Assembly (NCBI GenBank): GCA_050298595.1
Contig: JBNKUM010000028.1
Location: forward strand, 1 to 64,000
Reading direction: 5' to 3'
DNA length: 64,000 bases
Source: Gammaproteobacteria bacterium
Lineage (GTDB): Bacteria; Pseudomonadota; Gammaproteobacteria; GCA-001735895
This document shows, piece after piece, positions 60,382 to 64,000 of the stretch. Made by a program: the position numbers and the translations under genes. Numbering within the stretch: the stretch's first letter is position 1; every line of letters begins with the position of its first letter. Below the pieces are notes generated by a model, which was given only the letters and a program-made list of their open reading frames with translations, was not told where the DNA came from and ran no database searches.

Positions 60382-61554
60382 ATGCTAAAAGATTTCCTGT
60401 CACTCAAATATATGGTTTCCGGTTTTGTCGCGATCCTGATCGGTTATACAAGTTCAGCAGCTATCGTATTTCAGGCTGCTATCGCGGCTGGGGCGACAGT
60501 TGATCAGGTGAGTTCATGGCTGTGGGCTCTGGGGATGGGCTTGGGCGTGGTTGGTATTGGCTTATCTCTTTATTATAAGCACCCAATCCTGCTGGCATGG
60601 TCTACCCCCGGCGCGGCACTACTGGTGACGAGCTTACCTGGTATTGCGATGTCTGATGCCATTGGCGCTTTCATGTTTAGTTCCATTCTGATTATGATAT
60701 GCGGTGTCACCGGCTGGTTTAATAACATCATGAAGCTGGTGCCGCATAGCCTGGCGACGGCGATGCTGGGGGGCGTTTTATTGCGCTTTGGACTGGCGGT
60801 TTTCCCGGCCTTTACTGAAGAGTTAATCCTGGTCGGTAGCATGATCACAATCTACGTTTTAGGAAAATGGAGACGATCTTCCTATACGGTTCCATGGACG
60901 TTTGCTACAGGTGTTGTTATCGCTTTAATGCAGGGAAAGATGCAGGCTGTGGAGTCGGTGCTCACCTTTACCACACCGGTTGTTGTGATGCCGAGCTGGA
61001 ATGTCTCGGTACTGATTGGTGTGGGCCTGCCGCTTTTTATCGTGACCATGGCTTCGCAAAATGTACCGGGGATTGCCGTATTACGCGCACATAAATACCA
61101 GACGCCGGCATCGCCTCTGATAGGCTGGACAGGTTTACTGGGTGTGCTTTTGGGTCCGTTTGGTGGTTATGCCTACAACATGGCAGCTATTACCGCAGCT
61201 CTGTGTATGGGGGAAGATGTCGATAAGAATCCGAGCAAGCGATATTTCGCCACCATCTGGACCGGTATTTTCTATATCCTGGCCGGGCTTTTTGGGGCTA
61301 CAGTAGCAGGCCTGTTTGCGGCTTTTCCTGTTCAGCTGGTTTCAGCTATTGCGGGGCTGGCATTGCTGGCTACCATCGCTAATAGCCTGGGTGCTGCTTT
61401 ACAGGATGTAGATCATAGAGAAGCGGCAATACTCACCTTTATTATTACGGCTTCCGATGGTTCTTTTCTATCGATAGGGACCCCGTTTTGGGGCCTGGTT
61501 ATTGGTCTGCTGGTTCATTATTTAATGCAACACTCGAAAAGCCGGAAGCAATAA
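60382..61554 (+). CDS. BenE/YdcO-family membrane transporter
   Basis: 'AWSTPGAALL', 'TMASQNVPG', 'AAITAA', 'REAA..TF'. Confidence 0.92.
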   Translation: MLKDFLSLKYMVSGFVAILIGYTSSAAIVFQAAIAAGATVDQVSSWLWALGMGLGVVGIGLSLYYKHPILLAWSTPGAALLVTSLPGIAMSDAIGAFMFSSILIMICGVTGWFNNIMKLVPHSLATAMLGGVLLRFGLAVFPAFTEELILVGSMITIYVLGKWRRSSYTVPWTFATGVVIALMQGKMQAVESVLTFTTPVVVMPSWNVSVLIGVGLPLFIVTMASQNVPGIAVLRAHKYQTPASPLIGWTGLLGVLLGPFGGYAYNMAAITAALCMGEDVDKNPSKRYFATIWTGIFYILAGLFGATVAGLFAAFPVQLVSAIAGLALLATIANSLGAALQDVDHREAAILTFIITASDGSFLSIGTPFWGLVIGLLVHYLMQHSKSRKQ

Positions 61555-61620
61555 AGTAACTGATCGGGCAGATATTTTCGCGTTATAGTGCATGTCACAG
61601 AATGCCAGGGAATGTGCCTG

Positions 61621-62421
61621 TCAGCTATGCATTGCAGGCGTATCCAGCAGGCCCAGCCCCAGAGCTCTTAGCTCTTCGGTTTTATTGAAGTGAAATGTTT
61701 TGTAAGCCCGGGTATCCGGTTCCACAAGCAGGATATTTTTATGGTTATGCCTGAGGTTGTTGCGGGTCTGATTATAGATTAACAGGCGCATCGATTTCTC
61801 AAACATCTCCAGTACCTTGGGGGTTTTGAAAAAGCCATCCGGCATCTTTTTTTCAAAAGAATGCTGACCGAGTACATCAACAGCCAGAATATTTTCATAA
61901 CTCGCTTCGTTTAATCCAAGGTTTTCACACAGAAACCCATCGCCATAGATGTTTCCATCGATTTCCTGCTCAGCAAAAATACCGGGGATTGCCATGGTTG
62001 CTAGCACAGCATCTTTAATATAAATATCATCGGTGCAATCAAAGACTTTCTTATTTCCATTTAGTAGGTTGGTTGCGATAAGTTTAAGAGGAATAGATGT
62101 ATCGCTCATCTGTCTGTCTTCAAAGATGCCTTCAAAAATTGCAGCGATTTTTCCACTATCGATAACCGCGTTTCCGCTCCAGGAGAATTTTACCCAGTTG
62201 AAGATTCCAGCAAGGCTTTTAAGTCTTTCAAATATTTCCTGTTCCTGCATGCCCATGGCCTTACAGGCACCGATAATGCCACCCATACTGGTACCGACAA
62301 TTTCGCAGGGTACCAAACCCTGTAGCTCCATATCGTGCAATATACCCAGATGAGCAATGCCTAAAGCACCGCCGCCAGAAAGCACGAGGGTGAAAGGTTC
62401 TGTTTTAAAATCTATGGCCAT
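61621..62421 (-). CDS. Patatin-like phospholipase
   Basis: 'LSGGGALG.AH.G', GTSMG nucleophile elbow, 'DG' motif; start at MAIDF. Confidence 0.9.
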   Translation of the reverse strand: MAIDFKTEPFTLVLSGGGALGIAHLGILHDMELQGLVPCEIVGTSMGGIIGACKAMGMQEQEIFERLKSLAGIFNWVKFSWSGNAVIDSGKIAAIFEGIFEDRQMSDTSIPLKLIATNLLNGNKKVFDCTDDIYIKDAVLATMAIPGIFAEQEIDGNIYGDGFLCENLGLNEASYENILAVDVLGQHSFEKKMPDGFFKTPKVLEMFEKSMRLLIYNQTRNNLRHNHKNILLVEPDTRAYKTFHFNKTEELRALGLGLLDTPAMHS

Positions 62422-62479
62422 AAGGTTTATTCGTTTACCTGTGAAAATGGATATTACACTATACCTATCGGGATGAATG

Positions 62480-62508
62480 AAAAAAAAGGGCAGAGATAAA
62501 TCTGCCCT
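62480..62508 (-). terminator. Terminator after fbaB
   Basis: AGGGCAGA-gataaa-TCTGCCCT with an A-run on the left (U tail on minus strand). Confidence 0.8.
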
Positions 62509-62531
62509 CAAATGTAAGAGTGGTAAATCTA

Positions 62532-63581
62532 TTAAGCAAGCGTTATAGAATCATCCAGATAAACATCCTGAATTGCATTTAATAACTGTATACCTTCATC
62601 CATTGGTTTCTGGAAAGCCTTGCGACCGGAAATCAAACCCATACCACCAGCACGTTTATTGATTACCGCAGTGCGTACTGCCTGATGCAAATCATCAGAA
62701 CCAGATCCACCACCGGAATTAATCAGTCCTGCTCTCCCCATATAACAATTAGCCACCTGATAACGAGTTAGATCGATGGGGTGATCAGTAGTCAGGTCGC
62801 TATAAACTTTTGCGTGGGTTTTGCCAAATTTAATCGCATTGTAACCACCGTTATTCTCGGCCTGTTTCTGTTTGATGATGTCGGCATCGATAGTTGCCGC
62901 CAAATGATTAGCCTGTCCAGTTAAATCAGCAGACACATGGTAATCTACACCATCCTTTTTGAAATCGCTGTTGCGCAGATAAGCCCATAGTATGGTCACC
63001 ATGCCTAGTTCATGAGCATGCTCGAAGGCTTCTGAGATTTCCATAATCTGGCGTCGGCATTCGGCTGAGCCATAGTAGATGGTGGCTCCAACTGCAGCAG
63101 CGCCCATATCAAATGCCTGATCGACACTGGCAAACAGGGTTTGATCATAAAAGTTGGGATAGCTGAGGATTTCGTTGTGATTGATTTTGACGATGAAAGG
63201 GATTTTGTGAGCATAGGTACGCGCGACTGAATTGAGTACGCCCATGGTTGATGCTACGGCATTGCAACCCCCATTGATGGCTAGCTCTACGATATGCGCA
63301 GGATCAAAATAGGCCGGGTTGGGCGCAAAAGAGGCGCCTGCGGAATGCTCTACACCCTGGTCTACCGGTAACAGCGAGAGATAACCGGTTCCAGCCAGGC
63401 GACCGGTGTTGTACATCGCATTAAGGTTGCGTAGTACCGATGGCTTGCGATTTTTGCTGGCGACCACACGTTCGATATAGTCAGGTCCAGGAGCATGGAT
63501 GGTGTTTTTTGGGATCCCTGTGCAGACATGGCTCAATAATGATTCGGCTTCTTCACCCAATAGGGTTTGGCTGTTATTCAT
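62532..63581 (-). CDS. fbaB: Class I fructose-bisphosphate aldolase (DhnA type)
   Basis: '[15 protein letters not shown]', 'ADIIKQK' Schiff-base Lys, 'GLISGRKAF'; GGAGG RBS. Confidence 0.95.
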   Translation of the reverse strand: MNNSQTLLGEEAESLLSHVCTGIPKNTIHAPGPDYIERVVASKNRKPSVLRNLNAMYNTGRLAGTGYLSLLPVDQGVEHSAGASFAPNPAYFDPAHIVELAINGGCNAVASTMGVLNSVARTYAHKIPFIVKINHNEILSYPNFYDQTLFASVDQAFDMGAAAVGATIYYGSAECRRQIMEISEAFEHAHELGMVTILWAYLRNSDFKKDGVDYHVSADLTGQANHLAATIDADIIKQKQAENNGGYNAIKFGKTHAKVYSDLTTDHPIDLTRYQVANCYMGRAGLINSGGGSGSDDLHQAVRTAVINKRAGGMGLISGRKAFQKPMDEGIQLLNAIQDVYLDDSITLA

Positions 63582-63733
63582 AATGCCCTCCATTGATTGT
63601 ATGAGAAGTTGTTTTATAGCATGGAATAGCTTGTCACGGAGCGGTTACTTAATAGATAGTAAGTGTAATATCAATAGAGTTTGCTTCTGGTGTGTGATAA
63701 TTTTTAAAGACTAAATGAAAAGGAGAGTCAGTT

Positions 63734-64000
63734 ATGCCAGTAAATCCAGCTAAACCACGTGTAGCATTAATCGTGCACGGAGTTCAAACCGGAGCCGACA
63801 AGGATCAAAATCAACATCTGGTGATCAAGCAACTGATCAAAAACCGCCTCGGTAATATCCCGTTGAATTACAAAACTGATATCTATCGTTACGAAGACAT
63901 CAACGATAAAACCATTGCTCCCGCAAAAAAGCTGATTAAATTAATGGCCAAAACACCCATCGCAGGAAAAGTAGCTGAACAGGCTATGGACCTGATAGGA
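63734..64000 (+). CDS. Hypothetical protein, possibly alpha/beta hydrolase (truncated by window end)
   Basis: AGGAG RBS; open frame MPVNPAKPRVALIVHGVQTG...; 'IVHG' oxyanion-like motif. Confidence 0.65.
   Translation, partial: MPVNPAKPRVALIVHGVQTGADKDQNQHLVIKQLIKNRLGNIPLNYKTDIYRYEDINDKTIAPAKKLIKLMAKTPIAGKVAEQAMDLIG

Overview
Chromosomal region of a moderately AT-rich gammaproteobacterium, probably marine and possibly sulfur-oxidising (inference from a SoxW-like protein and an Allochromatium-type pha gene order). It is mostly housekeeping and metabolic genes: prlC, ubiD, rmuC, tcdA, gmk-rpoZ-spoT-ridA-recG, glcB, acnB, fbaB. It also carries four GGDEF proteins (two with EAL domains) and a split polyhydroxyalkanoate system (class I phaC-phaB at 10.6-13.2 kb; phaE-like/phaA/phaR/phaP/phaB at 49-53.6 kb). 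Most notable: (1) a degenerate PhaE fused to a helix-hairpin-helix domain, with malate synthase where class III phaC normally sits; (2) an AT-rich DUF4382 lipoprotein / TonB-dependent receptor / YfiR-like / GGDEF-EAL operon that looks like a trans-envelope c-di-GMP signalling system; (3) three copies of a MITE with ISEcp1-like (IS1380 family) ends, two with 5-bp target duplications; (4) 36 consecutive G/T-ending codons at the end of alaX beside a repeat-laden intergenic region. I saw no tRNA, rRNA, CRISPR array or transposase. All calls come from motif recognition by eye; no database searches were run.
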